Notes: generated by a model from the sequence alone, not told the origin. A stretch of 64,000 nt of DNA from Sminthopsis crassicaudata (GCF_048593235.1 NC_133622.1:248810055-248874054); one strand, 5' to 3'; counted from the stretch's first letter, positions 1 to 11,924 are shown. Numbers and translations are program-made.

Positions 1-11
1 GCCCCGTGCAG

Positions 12-161
12 GAAATCCCGGAGGGGAGCCCCCAGCGGTGGGACGAGGCGACAAAGACCAAAAGGCTGTTGCTGGACACGCTCCGGGAGGCCGTCGAGAC
101 GCACGAGAACGTGGCCTGGAGGAAGGACTGGAACCGGCCGGAGGGCGGCCGGGGGGCCTGA
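12..161 (+). CDS. UQCC3: UQCC3 (C11orf83) last coding exon, partial gene
   Basis: After CAG at 9-11 the frame reads EIPEGSPQRWDEATKTKRLLLDTLREAVETHENVAWRKDWNRPEGGRGA* (TGA 159-161), matching the UQCC3 C-terminal ENVAWRKxW motif. AATAAA at 279-284. Position next to UBXN1 as in human. Confidence 0.9.
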   Translation, partial: EIPEGSPQRWDEATKTKRLLLDTLREAVETHENVAWRKDWNRPEGGRGA

Positions 162-837
162 CGCCTGCCCGGGATCCCTCCCCACCCCCCAACGTCGCCG
201 GGCCGCCTCCCCTGATACCTGAGGGGCCTACCAAGGCCGCCGCCTCCTCGTTCCCCAGTGCGCTATAAACTCTGGCTTAATAAACGGGACTCATGGCTGA
301 ATGTAATAGCCATTTTATCCTCCCCACTTCCGGCACCTGCCAAGTCTGTGATGGAGATGCCCCTGCCTGGCGCTCAAGGCTCTGATCCCAGCCCGGAAGC
401 GTTTGTGGCGCGGGCCAAGAGAACATCATCTTCAATATGGGGTTCCCGTTGTATTTGCATGCCGGAAGGGAAAGAAAGAAGGCTCGGGGATGTTCAGGTG
501 ATGGGACCTGGGCTTCCCTCCAAGCATTGGGGAGCCCGGCCTTGGGTTGTACAGGAGGGTCCTCTCCTGCTGGGGGGTCGGACATGAAGGTGTCCCTGGG
601 TTTTCTGCCACCCTTGTAGGGCAGAGCTCAAGGGCCAGGCCCAACTGCAGGGTGCTGCCATTTGACCCCTCTCTACAGCCAAGTAAAAACTGCCCCACCC
701 CCTCATCCACCCTCCCTGCCCTCAGGAAGGAGCCTGACATACATGACTCAGGACGTGTTTATTAGGGAGGGATGTCAGTGCTCTGTCAGAGGTGGGGGGA
801 GTTTTGAGGGGAAAAAGTGAGGAGGCTGGAGAGCCCT

Positions 838-3699
838 TCAGCTGGCACACTTCTTGGCTACGATGAGGACAGCAGAAGGCACAAGTCCTGTAGGAAGAGA
901 GGAGATTCAGCTCCCTTTCTGCCCGTTCTTAACAGCCCACATTGAAACCTCTTCCCACTTCAGGCAGTCTCCACCCCTCCCCCACCTTGTTAGGCCCATA
1001 CCCAGCTCCTGCAGTGGTCTCTCCATATCAGCTTCAGAAAAGGCCCGCCGGGGGAAGCCACTGAGCAGCTGTACGGGGTCCTGGCCACCCCCGAGTTCCT
1101 CCCCTCGATGTAGCTCCACATAGAGTCTCACTGCCGCCAGCTGTTCTCTGGCCTTGAAGGTCTGTGTCAGGGAGGTGCCATCAGGCAGCCGAACCTGGAA
1201 GGACAGAGAGAGTCTGGTATTGGGGGAAATGTGGCGTAAAGGCTTGTCTGATAACATCGCTCATATAGTGCTTATTAAGTGCTTTACAACTGTCTGTTTT
1301 GATCCTCAAGACCCCAGAAAGGGATTCTATACTAGTCCCATTTTACAGTGAAAAAACTGGGGCAAACAGAAGTTAAGTGACTTGCCCAGCAAAGCTAGTG
1401 AATGCCTTTCCATTCTGCCACAGGGCTGCCTCCACTTGCTTAAGTAAAAATAGAAGAAAAGAACATGAGGCTATCACTGGCAAATTATAACCACGATAGG
1501 AAACTTTTATGAAGCCGCTTTCTTTGGTGGCGCCGATTGCCGTACGTATGCTAAAAAGGCCCATTCACGGTTGTCTGGGAGTTTACAATATAGTAAGAGA
1601 TGTAACAGACTGAACCCAGGGGCCCAGGATGCTAAAATTGTAAACAAGTAGCACGTGTCGTAGGCCCACAAGTCATATTATGGGGGTTGGCGTTCACACA
1701 GAATAAGGGTCAGGCAGCTGAACTCACCAATAAGTTGTTAAAAGTCACGCTGAGAAAGTAAGGATTTCACTTGGGAAGGAAGAATACAGACAGCCAAGGG
1801 GAGGGATCCCTGAATGTGGGACAGCGGGAGCAGCAGCACCTCAACATGGCTTTTGATTTGGAGGAAAGCCCGTAGCCTCCAAGGGACCATCACCCACCCA
1901 TACCTGTATTCGACACTGATCATACTCTCTCTTGGTGGGAGGCTCCTGACTGGGAGAAGAAGGAACGGGGCCTGGCTCTGTTGCAGGGGAGGTCATCTGT
2001 GATCCAGTGCCACCAAACTAGGAGTCAAGGGAAAACAGATAGGGAGCCACCCTACACCCGGTGGCCCCCTCCCACACTTATGCCTCCCAGCCACCATTTA
2101 CGATCCTCTGCAATGGAGATGTCCTGTGACTGACCATACCCTGTATTTCCTAATTTGCCCCTGCGACTGACACCCACCTTCTTGGCTCTCTCTACTTTAT
2201 CCCTCTCAATCTTCTCCCGGACTCGCTGTCTGGAAGAGAGTGCAAGAGATGGAGAATCTATGGTGAGTGACACAGGCCCCCCGCCAACCTTTCCTCCCTG
2301 CCCTGCCCCATCCCTAGGGCCTCCGACCTGGCCGCCGTCTCTTCGGCCTTCTCCCTCCTGCGCTCCTCGGCTGCCCGGCGCATCTCATCCTCCTGTAGCC
2401 GCTGCCGGGCGGCCGACAGCTCCTGGCCCTGCCGTCTACGCTGCCTCTCACGCTCCACTGCCTCCCGCTGCTCTCTTTCTCCCCGTTCCTTTTGTTTCTG
2501 GGCTACCAGCTCCAACATCCTGGATCAGAGACAAGGAAGTCCTCAACACCGAGGAAAAAGAGGGTAGTAACTGAAACTTTCAGGGGGAGACTTTGAAAAG
2601 AGAATGTGACGGTAATTCAGAAAAAGGAAAATAATATTCAGCTATTTCTGACGCTTATTAAGCAATTATTGTGTGTACAACATTGTTTCTTCCGGAAAAG
2701 ACCAGAAGACATTTAGTTTGCCGCCCTGGAGTGAGCAGAAGGGGCCCGGGCACAAAGCAGCGTTCGGTCCGGGCGTCAGTGAGAAAAGCAGGCCCTGCCC
2801 CAGGGAGAAGACCCGGGGCCCGGTACCTCTTGGTCTGCTCCCGCTTCTCCTCTTCACTCAGAGGTGGCTTCTCCTCCACCTTGGCTGACCCAGGCCCTGT
2901 GAAGAGGTAACCCAATCGTGTCCCTGGGGCTGTGGCCTGGGGGACTCCTCCCCAGTCCCCATCCCTTCCCTAAAGGGAAGGTGCCACTCCTCCACCTATT
3001 CCTTTGGCTCTGACCTTCAGGGCTGCCTCCCCCATAGGACGGGGGTTCATGCCCCAAGGAGTGTCCCAGGGGGGAAGCTGGGGGCTCATCCACATCCGGG
3101 TCATCTTCATGTTCCATCAACCTAGATGAGTGGGGCAACCCAGTGAGCGGGGAATCCTGCACCTGCCCTACAACTCCTCTCTCCCAGGCCCCTCCCGCCC
3201 CCCAGGCCCCCCAGTCTCCCCACGATTCCCAAGCCCCCAGCCGTGGGCCTCCCTCTGCTCTCACCAGTCCATAGCAGCCTCGATGCCCTGGTTCCCCGTG
3301 AGAGCCAGAGCCTTCTCCCTGGGGACAGAAACCAGGGCCGGGTTCAATGCACATAATATAGGCAGGGCAGGCCATGGGGGGGGGGGGGGGAACTCCCAAG
3401 TTTTGCACAGGACGCCCGGGTCACCTCCACCTGGGACACTCGTGGCCTCAGAAGGCCTACAGAGGGGCTTGGGGGCGAGTCCGGGTTCCGGGGTGGGCAG
3501 TCCGCCCCTGAGGACCCGAAAGGCAGGGTCTGTACAGAGGGGGAGGGGCGTGGAAACTCCTTGGGGACCCAAAGCTGGGGGAGGGGCGGAAAGAGCGGGG
3601 GACGTTCGGCTAAGCTGGGGGCGGGGACGGGTTCCCTTACGCGCGCCCCCGCGGGAAGCCCATCTCGATGAGGCTCTCCAGAGCCGTCCGCTCCGCCAT
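838..3699 (-). CDS. UBXN1: UBX domain-containing protein 1 (UBA - coiled coil - UBX), 296 aa, 9 coding exons
   Basis: Exons 3699-3641, 3318-3265, 3121-3015, 2896-2827, 2519-2328, 2229-2178, 2017-1904, 1194-1002, 887-838, all GT-AG and phase-consistent, total 891 nt. [24 protein letters not shown]...FPRRAF...[16 protein letters not shown]. Minus-strand AATAAA at 758-763. Confidence 0.97.
1260..1435 (-). mobile_element. MIR/CORE-SINE fragment in UBXN1 intron
   Basis: cccattttacagtgaaaaaactgggg...aagttaagtgacttgcccagc is the CORE-SINE motif in reverse orientation. Confidence 0.7.
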
Positions 3700-4560
3700 G
3701 GCGCCGCCTCCGCCTCCACCAGGACCTGGGGAGGAAGGCGGGGGCGGGGGCGGGGTCAGGGCGGCGGCCACGCGCACCTCCTCTCCTTTCCCGGAAGGGG
3801 GCGGAGCAAGGAGCGAGCCGCCCACGTGCCGCCCCGGCTCCTCCCCCTTTACGCTTCTCCACCAAGTCCTCGGGGCCGCGCGCGCATCCAGGAAGATAGG
3901 CGGGGACAGAGGGCGCCCCACCTCCCCCGCCCGGCGCTAAGCCGAACTGCACGCGCCTCCGGGCCCATGGAGGAGGCGGGGCCAGCCTGCGCGCCTCCTC
4001 GGCGTTCCCTCCTCTCCCTAAACTCCAAGCCACGGGCCCATCAGAGCACGCGCGCCTCCTCCCCTCCCCAATATCAGGGCGGGAGCCCTCTCCCAGCTGG
4101 GCGCGCCTCCTCGAACCTCCTCCCGCCTCCGCCCCGGCCTGCGGGCCTCGCGCCCTCACCCTGACTCGGTGGCTCCGGACAAACTGGGGCGCTGGTGGGG
4201 GCCGAGGGTGGTCGAGGAGGAAGCGGAGGAAGTCGGAAGTGCCGGTGTTTTTATCACGTGGTGCTCTGGGACGGAGGCGGGGCGGTCTACGAGAGCTGCT
4301 GAGGGACAAAGTAGTGGAGGCAACTTCGCTTTTCAAGGGCACGTGGTCGCGCTGCTGGGAGGGAGCGGAATTTCCCTTGGTTTCCCAGGCAACGCTTTCC
4401 GCCTCCCTGGAGTAGTCCAGCGCAGGGAGTGAATCCCTTAGAAGTGGAAAAGCCGGGAGAGAACTTTCCATGAGCCACTCCAGTGCGACCGGGGAAGAAG
4501 CTGCGGGACGCGGCTGAGGCCGCTTCCTCCTCAGTGCTCAGGAACTCTCCAATCCCCGTA
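3400..4560 (-). promoter_or_regulatory. UBXN1 CpG-island promoter and probable non-coding exon 1 (donor near 4159)
   Basis: High CpG density, CGGAAGT ETS motif near 4233-4240, CACGTG at 4255-4260, minus-strand donor (forward ctcac at 4156-4159). Confidence 0.65.
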
Positions 4561-4573
4561 TCCGATCACGATG

Positions 4574-4602
4574 TGACGTCATTCTGCTCTGCTGTGACGT
4601 CA
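4574..4602. promoter_or_regulatory. Two perfect CRE palindromes (TGACGTCA) 21 bp apart
   Basis: TGACGTCA at 4574-4581 and 4595-4602, each within tgtgacgtcattc. Confidence 0.7.
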
Positions 4603-4619
4603 TTCCTCCTGCTGTGCTG

Positions 4620-4720
4620 AGTCGGTCTAGGAATTTAAGCACCTACTGTGTGCAGGACACTGTTCTGGCGCTACAAAAAGGAAAAAAGTCAGTCCCTGCC
4701 CTCAGAGAGCTTACAGTCCA
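4620..4720 (-). mobile_element. LINE2 3'-end fragment
   Basis: aagcacctactgtgtgcaggacactgttct...gtccctgccctcagagagcttacagtc is typical of the L2 3' end. Confidence 0.65.
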
Positions 4721-6273
4721 TGGGGAAGGCAGCGTGGAATCGTATATAAAAGCAAACTGTACAAGCGAGCAAGAGGAGGCGCATTAAAGTGAAAGGCGCG
4801 GGGGAGACTTCCGGCGGGAGTTGGGTTGGGATTTAAAGGAAGCCAGGGAGGTTCCTCGCTGGGACCCTCAGCGGCCCCGCCCTTCCCGGCCCTTTGCCCC
4901 GCTATCTTAACCAATCCTCGCCCTGCCTGGGCCCTGCTCACCCTGGGGAACGAGGTGGGAGCAAAGCCCCGAGTCCTTCCCACGGACCGCTTACCTCCCG
5001 TGCTCCCAGTCGGTGCATTTACATACACCGCTGACCGGCTCCCCTTTTAGGCCTCCTCTCGCCTCGCACAGCTTCCCTCCTCCCCATTTCAATGGCGAAC
5101 CCCCAGCTCCGTCTCCTCTCCTCACTGTTTCCCCTTCGCCCCGGTCAGCTGTCCTCCCGTCTCCCGCTCCCCTCAGAGTGACATCCAGTCTCGCAGCTCC
5201 CCGTACGCGGCTCCTCCGGGAGCTGATTCCGACCTGTTGCAATGGTCTTGTGACCGAGGCCTGTGGGGGCTGGGGGCGGAGCACAACGCAGCATTCTCAC
5301 TCTGTTGTTTGCTTGTTTTTTATTTTCTTTCTCATTTTTTCTGCGCAGCAAAATAATTGTATAAATATATGTGTGTGCACTGGATGTAACTTGTTTCTAC
5401 GTGTTTAACAGCAAGAGAAGCTCTCATAGCTTGGCGCGGGTTCCAATCTTCTCGAGGCTCGCAGGGCCCTCCCCCGCTTTCTCGGAGCTGGCAGAGCTGG
5501 CGCGCTTGCCCAGGACGCTTCCAGGAGTCTCTTCCTCCTCATCGCCGCTTCCAGGGCTCCGCCAAAGCTCGCTGTTGCCCAAGCCTTTTTTCGGTCTTTA
5601 ATCTCAGTACCTTCCCTTGTGGTCCGGCCCAGGCCGTCCCGTCTCCTCAGTACAGAGCTGTGTCCGCTGTCTCCCTCATTAGACCGCGAGCGCCCCGTCT
5701 TTGCCCCTCCCCCCAGTGCCAGAACCTTGTGCCCCTTACTCTTGTTGACTTGTACCTTTCACCTTCAGCGGGACCCGAGCTTTGGGCCTGGCCCGGCGCC
5801 TCCTGGGCTCGGTCCGGAGCCCCCGGGCCCTGCCGAGGCAACATCCGCTCTCCCAGCCTCCAGTGGCTTCAGGCAGAGGCTGAGGGCACTTCTCTCTCAG
5901 GGATGAGCGCGTGGGCGGACAGCAAGAACTGCGGGAGCTCAGGGCCCAAAAGGGAAGTCAGGGGCCTTCAGAACCCATCCCCTCATTTTCCCGGTGGGAA
6001 AGAGAGGCCATAAAGCTCGGCGCAGACCAGCAAGGGACCCAGCTGGGGAAAGGGGGCGGGGCGGAAGGCCGGGCCCAGCAGCTGAGCCCATTATCTGATC
6101 TTTTTGAAAATAATGGGAGCAGAAAGTTACAGCAAAGAACTGTGGCATGTGAGCTCCGGAGAATGAGCTCATTTCCTTGTTCCAGATACTTTGCAAGTCT
6201 CCCAAATGGTTACACAAGGAGCTGCCTCAGGCCTGTTTGTCCACCTGTGAAAGGGGGAGAAGTGTCTTTGTAT

Positions 6274-7095
6274 CCCAGAGCCACACAGCCGTTCTCGGTG
6301 CAGCGGCGGGCACCCCAGAGCCACACAGCCGTTCTCGGCGCAGCGGCGGGCACCCCAGGGCCACACAGCCGGTCCGGTGCAGCGGCGGGCACCCCAGAGC
6401 CACACAGCTGGTCCGGTGCAGCGGCGGGCACCCCAGGGCCACACAGCCGGTCCGGTGCAGCGGCGGGCACCCCAGAGCCACACAGCTGGTCCGGTGCAGC
6501 GGCGGGCACCCCAGAGCCACACAGCCGGTCCGGTGCAGCGGCGGGCACCCCAGAGCCACACAGCCGGTCCGGTGCAGTGGCGGGCACCCCAGAGCCACAC
6601 AGCCGGTCCGGTGCAGCGGCGGGCACCCCAGAGCCACACAGCTGGTCCGGTGCAGTGGCGGGCACCCCAGGGCCACACAGCCGGTCCGGTGCAGCGGCGG
6701 GCACCCCAGAGCCACACAGCTGGTCCGGTGCAGTGGCGGGCACCCCAGAGCCACACAGCTGGTCCGGCGCAGCGGCGGGCACCCCAGGGCCACACAGCCG
6801 TTCTCGGCGCAGCGGCGGGCACCCCAGGGCCACACAGCCGTTCTCGGTGCAGTGGCGGGCACCCCAGAGCCACACAGCCGTTCTCGGTGCAGCGGCGGGC
6901 ACCCCAGGGCCACACAGCCGTTCTCGGTGCAGCGGCGGGCACCCCAGGGCCACACAGCCGTTCTCGGTGCAGCGGCGGGCACCCCAGGGCCACACAGCCG
7001 GTCCGGTGCAGCGGCGGGCACCCCAGAGCCACACAGCTGGTCCGGTGCAGTGGCGGGCACCCCAGAGCCACACAGCTGGTCCGGTGCAGTGGCGG
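6274..7095. repeat. GC-rich minisatellite, 39/40-bp unit, about 21 copies, probably in LRRN4CL 3' UTR
   Basis: Unit cccagagccacacagccggtccggtgcagcggcgggcac (39 bp) with a 40-bp gttctcgg variant; explains the repetitive ORFs in all six frames. Confidence 0.97.
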
Positions 7096-7516
7096 CCATG
7101 ACCAGTCGGCTCTCTGGATGTCCCTGCCCTGGCACAGGTCCCAGGAGCAGTTTCCTTCCCTCTTGGCCGTGGCCATGCGGACACAAAAGCCTACTGACGA
7201 GGATCTGGCTCCATTACAGTATCTTTATTCATCAGCAAGAAGCAGAGTAGTGGAGAAAAGCCGCCTTCTCCCTCCAGAAGGGTTCTTCTACAGCCCAGAC
7301 CCCCAGTCCCATGAAGTGACCTCCCTGATGCAGCTTTTAGCCATTACCTGGGAGAGAGGTGGAAGCCCCATCCCGCAGGCTGGGGTGCGGAGCCCCGTCA
7401 CCTTGCCCTCTGGGGAGAGCTCCCTCCTCCACGAAACTAAAGCCATTTTCTTGGCAGCTCTGAAGGTTAACCTCCCTTCCCCCATCTCTGTGCTCCTGAA
7501 GCCCGGGGCTGGGACA

Positions 7517-8245
7517 CTAGAGTTCTTCCCCGACTCTGGAAGCAGCTGGACCTGTGGGCCTGTGGGGACAGCCCCAGCGGTCCCTGAGACAGAAATGCCA
7601 TAGCAAGGCAGCAGAGCTTACACAGACCAGGACTATTCCCATCCCCACTGCTACATGTACCAGGGTTTGGGGGTTAGGGGGAATGGAAAGATGGCGGCAG
7701 GGCCCAAACAATGGGAAGGTTACCCTCTCTGCCCCACCCCCCTCCGGAACATAACTTGTCCCAGCATCGTTTGAGGCAATCACACAGAGGGTGTAAGTCC
7801 CTCCAGGCTTCAGTCCTTCCAGTTCCGCCCTCCGGACGCTGGTGTTGTACAGAACCGGGGGGCCTGTTCGAACAAGGGCCCCTCCTTCCCAGAGCTCAAG
7901 CCAGTATTTGTCCACGTGGGAATAGGGGGCACACCAGTGGACCGCTGCCCGGCCCTGGTCTGCCCAGATGTGCACTTCTCCGAGACGGGGAGGGTCTGGA
8001 GGTTGGTGGGCGCTGGAGATAGCCACGCAGAGGCAATCCGTGCCCTTGGGACCCTGGAGTTCTCTACAGGGCACCTGCAGATGTCTACATCGGTCATAAT
8101 CACACAGACTACTATTAGGAGGGGGGGTCTTCTCTTCCTCCTCCTCATCCTCTTCTTCATACTCCTCTGAAGAGAAAGACCAAGCCAGGTGTGATAAAAA
8201 GAAAACAACAGTCACAAACTGCAGGAAACAGGCTGAACTCAGCAT
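7517..8245 (-). CDS. LRRN4CL: LRRN4 C-terminal-like protein (signal peptide, acidic tract, FN3, TM), 242 aa, single coding exon
   Basis: ATG at 8245 just after acceptor (exon begins 8250). MLSSACFLQF...CDYDRCRHLQVPC...HWCAPYS...WHFCLRDRWGCP matches the family. Candidate minus-strand AATAAA at 5318-5323. Confidence 0.93.
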   Translation of the reverse strand: MLSSACFLQFVTVVFFLSHLAWSFSSEEYEEEDEEEEEKTPPPNSSLCDYDRCRHLQVPCRELQGPKGTDCLCVAISSAHQPPDPPRLGEVHIWADQGRAAVHWCAPYSHVDKYWLELWEGGALVRTGPPVLYNTSVRRAELEGLKPGGTYTLCVIASNDAGTSYVPEGGGAERVTFPLFGPCRHLSIPPNPQTLVHVAVGMGIVLVCVSSAALLWHFCLRDRWGCPHRPTGPAASRVGEEL

Positions 8246-8339
8246 GGTACCTGAAAGAAAAAAGGTAGTTAGGTAATCCTTCAAGAAGAGAGAGTGAGCT
8301 ATCCACCTAAAGTAACCGTACACAGTATAAAATACCTGG

Positions 8340-10330
8340 GTGTAGAGCTCTCAAAAACCGAGGAATTACATGAACAAAATTATGAAAAACTTTTTATACC
8401 AAAAAAAAAAAAAATCAAGATTTAAATGACTGAAGAAATATTGTTCATGAGTAGGTAGGGCCAATGTAATAAAAATAAGAATCAACCTAAATGAATCTAT
8501 TCAGTCAATGCCATCCAATTAAATTACCAAAAATTTTATTTTACTGAGTTAAATAACAAAAATTCATTTGGAAGGACAAAACGAGCATATAAGGAAATAA
8601 ATTTTTAAAAAGTAAAACAAGGGTAGCAGTACCAAATCTCAACTATATTATAAGGCAGTAATTATCAAAACTATCTGATTCTGGCTAAGAAATGGAAAGG
8701 TGGATCAACGGAATAGAGCTATAATTTGCAGCAGTAAATGATCATGGTAATCTTGTGTTTGACAAGGGTAAAGACAAATTTTGGGGATAAGAATTCGGCA
8801 TTTGGTAAACTTTAAAAAAAGCTAAAAAACAGTCTGGCAGAAATTGGGTACAGATCTATTTTATACCATTTACCAAGATAAGGTCAAAATGGATATGTGA
8901 CCTACATATAAAGAGAGCTATTAGGAAAAAGTTGGAAGAATGTTACCTTTCAGATTTATGGTCAGGAGAATTTATGAATAAAAGATAGAAAGCATTGTGC
9001 AGTGTAAAATAGATTATTATTATTATTTTTTTTTGGCTGAGGTGATTGGGTTAAGTGACTTGCCCAGGGCCACACAGCTAGGAAGTGTTAAGTGTCTGAG
9101 ATCAGTTTTGAACTCAGGTCCTTCTGTCTTCAGGGCTGGTGCTCTACCCACTGAGCTATCTAGCTGCCCCAAATAGATAATTTTAATTAAGTTAAAAAGC
9201 TTTTGTACAAATAAAATCAATGTAACCAAAATCAGAAGGAAAGCAGAAAACTGGGAGAAAAAAAATTTCATAGACAGGTTCTTAGGTAAAAATCTCATAT
9301 CGGAAACATAGAAGGAACTTTATTGAAGGTATAATATGCATGCTTCCCCAATGGATAAATGGTCAAAGGATATGAACCGTCAGTTTTCCAATGAAGAAAT
9401 CGAAACGATTTGAAAAAATGTTCCAAATCATTATTGATTAGAGAACTGCAAATTAAAATCTTGGGGTATCATTTTATGCCTACCAAATTGGCTAAAAGGA
9501 TAAAAGGGGAAACAAATACTGAAGGGAATGTGGAAAAATTGGGACACTAATTCATAATTGTTCATAGAACTGTGAACCAATCCAAATATTTTGGAGAGCA
9601 ATCTAGAATTATGGACAAGGAGATATTTATTAAACTTCCTATACCCTTTGGCCCAGCGACTCCGGGTCTGTTTCCCAAGATGATCAAGGAGAAAAAAATC
9701 TGGGTTCTCCTTTTGTGGGCAAAGAACTAGAAATCGTGTGGATTCCCATCAACTGAGGAGTAACAAGCTGTGGTACAGATGATTTTGATGGAATACTACT
9801 GTGCTGTTAAAGAGAATAAGCTGTGGAAAAAAACAAATCAAAAAGGAAAAAAGAATGAGAAAACAAATAAAAGAATAAGCTGGTTAATTTTAGAAAATGC
9901 AAAAAACTTACATGAAATAATGGAAAATGAAATGAGCAGAACCAAAAGAACATTGTATAAAGAAAGTAACAGCATTAAAAAAGAAATAACAGAGCAGCTA
10001 AGTCATTTTGAGGATTGTAAAAAGACCCACATGAAATACCAAGGCCTTAGCAAGGGAGGTGCCCTAGAGGATCAATGAAGTGTACTTGGTTTATACTCTC
10101 TCACACACATACACACTGACACACACATAGCCTGCTCTAAGGCAAGGAGGGGAGAGGGAAAATATTAAAAAGTGAAAATAAGAGCAGACAATGCAGGACC
10201 AGAAAAGCATCGAAAATGACTAGTACTTGGGAGTTTGAGTTTTTAAAGTAAACTGTGAAATGTCAATTCATGGTTTTATATAGTGAAACTTCCTTTTAGG
10301 CTGTGCCGTGTATGTGGAAATGTTCTTTTT
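8340..10330 (+). mobile_element. Degraded marsupial LINE-1, 3' part of ORF2 and 3' UTR
   Basis: A-rich; aatgccatccaattaaattacc (NAIPIKLP-like) and MEYYCAVK (L1 MEYYAAIK-like); many stops and frameshifts. Confidence 0.85.
9013..9170 (-). mobile_element. Young tRNA-derived marsupial SINE (WSINE1-like) nested in the L1
   Basis: Minus strand reads ggggcagctagatagctcagtgggtagagc...cctgagttcaaa...gggcaagtcacttaacc plus A tail; flanking direct repeat aaatagat at 9007-9014 and 9171-9178. Confidence 0.9.
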
Positions 10331-10483
10331 TTGTCTTTATATATTTCATTTCGGAATGAATAAAAGCAAAAGATCGTCAAGGAGAGCTGTCCCTTTTATA
10401 GGAGGGGCATTGGTGAATAGAGGAAAACTGCCATTTCCAATATGAGGAAGCAAAAGCTGAGCTGAACAAGAGGGTCCCAGCTC

Positions 10484-10624
10484 NNNNNNNNNNNNNNNNN
10501 NNNNNNNNNNNNNNNNNNNNNNNNNNNNNNNNNNNNNNNNNNNNNNNNNNNNNNNNNNNNNNNNNNNNNNNNNNNNNNNNNNNNNNNNNNNNNNNNNNNN
10601 NNNNNNNNNNNNNNNNNNNNNNNN
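10484..10624. other. Assembly gap (141 N)
   Basis: Run of N. Confidence 1.
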
Positions 10625-10781
10625 ACCTGTATCAATTGACTTGGACAGAATCTCACAGGACTTGGAGCTGGCTTACAGTCAATATGAGCATTGAAGCCCG
10701 GAACCTGACGCCACATCCAGAGTTCTTTCACTCTGGTACAACACAAAGGTTCAGGTAGCTAGGGACCTTCCAGGGTCCTGG

Positions 10782-11010
10782 CCGATACAGTGGGTAGTGT
10801 GTGTGATCAGTGTGGAGTCAGAAAGACTCGAGTTCAAATGCAGGCTCAGACACTGACTAGCTGGGTGACCCAGAGTGAGTCACTTCACCCCACCTGCCTC
10901 AGTTTCCTCATCTGTCAAATGAGCTGGAGAAGGGAATGACCAACCCCTTCAGTGCCTCTGCCAAGAAAACCCCCAGTGAGGTCTCAGAGAGCCAGCCGTG
11001 ACCAACAAGG
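10782..11010 (+). mobile_element. MAR1/MIR-type CORE-SINE
   Basis: gagtcagaaagactcgagttcaaat...gcctcagtttcctcatctgtcaaatgagctggagaagggaatgaccaacc...ctgccaagaaaacccc. Confidence 0.85.
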
Positions 11011-11924
11011 CAAGTGCTAGGGCCCCCACTTGCTGCCTGGTCTTCACCCCAGCCCAGCCACCAGCTCTCAGCTCCGGCCCAGCCTCACTCACCAGCTTGC
11101 GCTTCTGGACAAGGTGCTGGGGATCAGGTGATCAGCCGGTGGGAGTTCTCATGGCAGCCCTGGGGGGAATCTGTGGCCTTCGAGCTCCGCTGCCGATTTG
11201 GTCAGGAGCCTCCAATTTTATAAGCTGGGGCAGTGATGTCATTATGTGCTCCCCCCACCCTCATCCACGGTCTGCAGAAGGGCTGGTCCCATTTCAGGGT
11301 CTGAGTCACGGGACGAGGGATGGGGAAACCACATTCATCTGGCTCAGTTGGAGGCCAGGCTTCCAGGGTCCTGGAAAGGGAGGGGAACATGGCCAGCAGC
11401 CAGCAGCTTGAGCGTGGAATGTCAGGCCTGTGAGCAGTCAGTGGGGTTCTGGATGGACAGCACATCTGTGACAGTACCGGGGGGCCTAGAACCCAGGCTA
11501 GGATGCCAGGAACGCGCACACCCTGATCAGCTCATTTCCTGTTTTACTTCTCCCAGTAGATAGAGGGGTGGAACAGAAGTGCTCTCCATCAGCCCCTCCA
11601 GGCTCAGGGCCACATGAGTCTCCACGTGAGATGGAAAGATTAATAGCTTCCAGAAGAGCCCACAACAGGCTGGGCCCGCAGGACTGTCCTGGTCCGTGTC
11701 CAGGTCCCCCAGCCCCCAGCATGTGAGCAGCTCTGACCCTGAGAGGTTAAGAAGGGAGGGCCCCAGGGGCAGCCACTTTTCCATTCCTTGCTTGGTGACC
11801 CTCCCAAACTGGCCCAAAAAAGGGAGGAAACCAGATGGTGTGAAAAAAGTTTATTGTGGGGAAAAGCATTAAGGATGGAGAGCAAAGGAAAAGTGCTGGA
11901 CATCTGAGGACCAGGGCCCCCCCC

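Noticed and set aside
3130-4471. 344-aa and 375-aa ORFs over the UBXN1 5' end
   Set aside because: Stop-poor CpG island sequence; the only real coding parts are short UBXN1 exons
6274-7095. CRISPR-like appearance of the repeat arrays (also 20806-21178 and 60068-60260)
   Set aside because: Head-to-tail units with no unique spacers, no cas genes, and a mammalian context
5911-7603. Six 320-410 aa ORFs on both strands
   Set aside because: Products of the 39-bp GC-rich minisatellite, which has no stops in any frame; no domain content
8246-8323. Longer LRRN4CL start given by the ORF track
   Set aside because: GTG start lying upstream of a splice acceptor at 8251; the ATG at 8245 gives a proper signal peptide
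9120-9170. tRNA-like sequence
   Set aside because: It is the tRNA-derived head of a SINE, with no full cloverleaf
9770-10078. 102-aa lysine-rich ORF
   Set aside because: Remnant of the L1 ORF2 C-terminus
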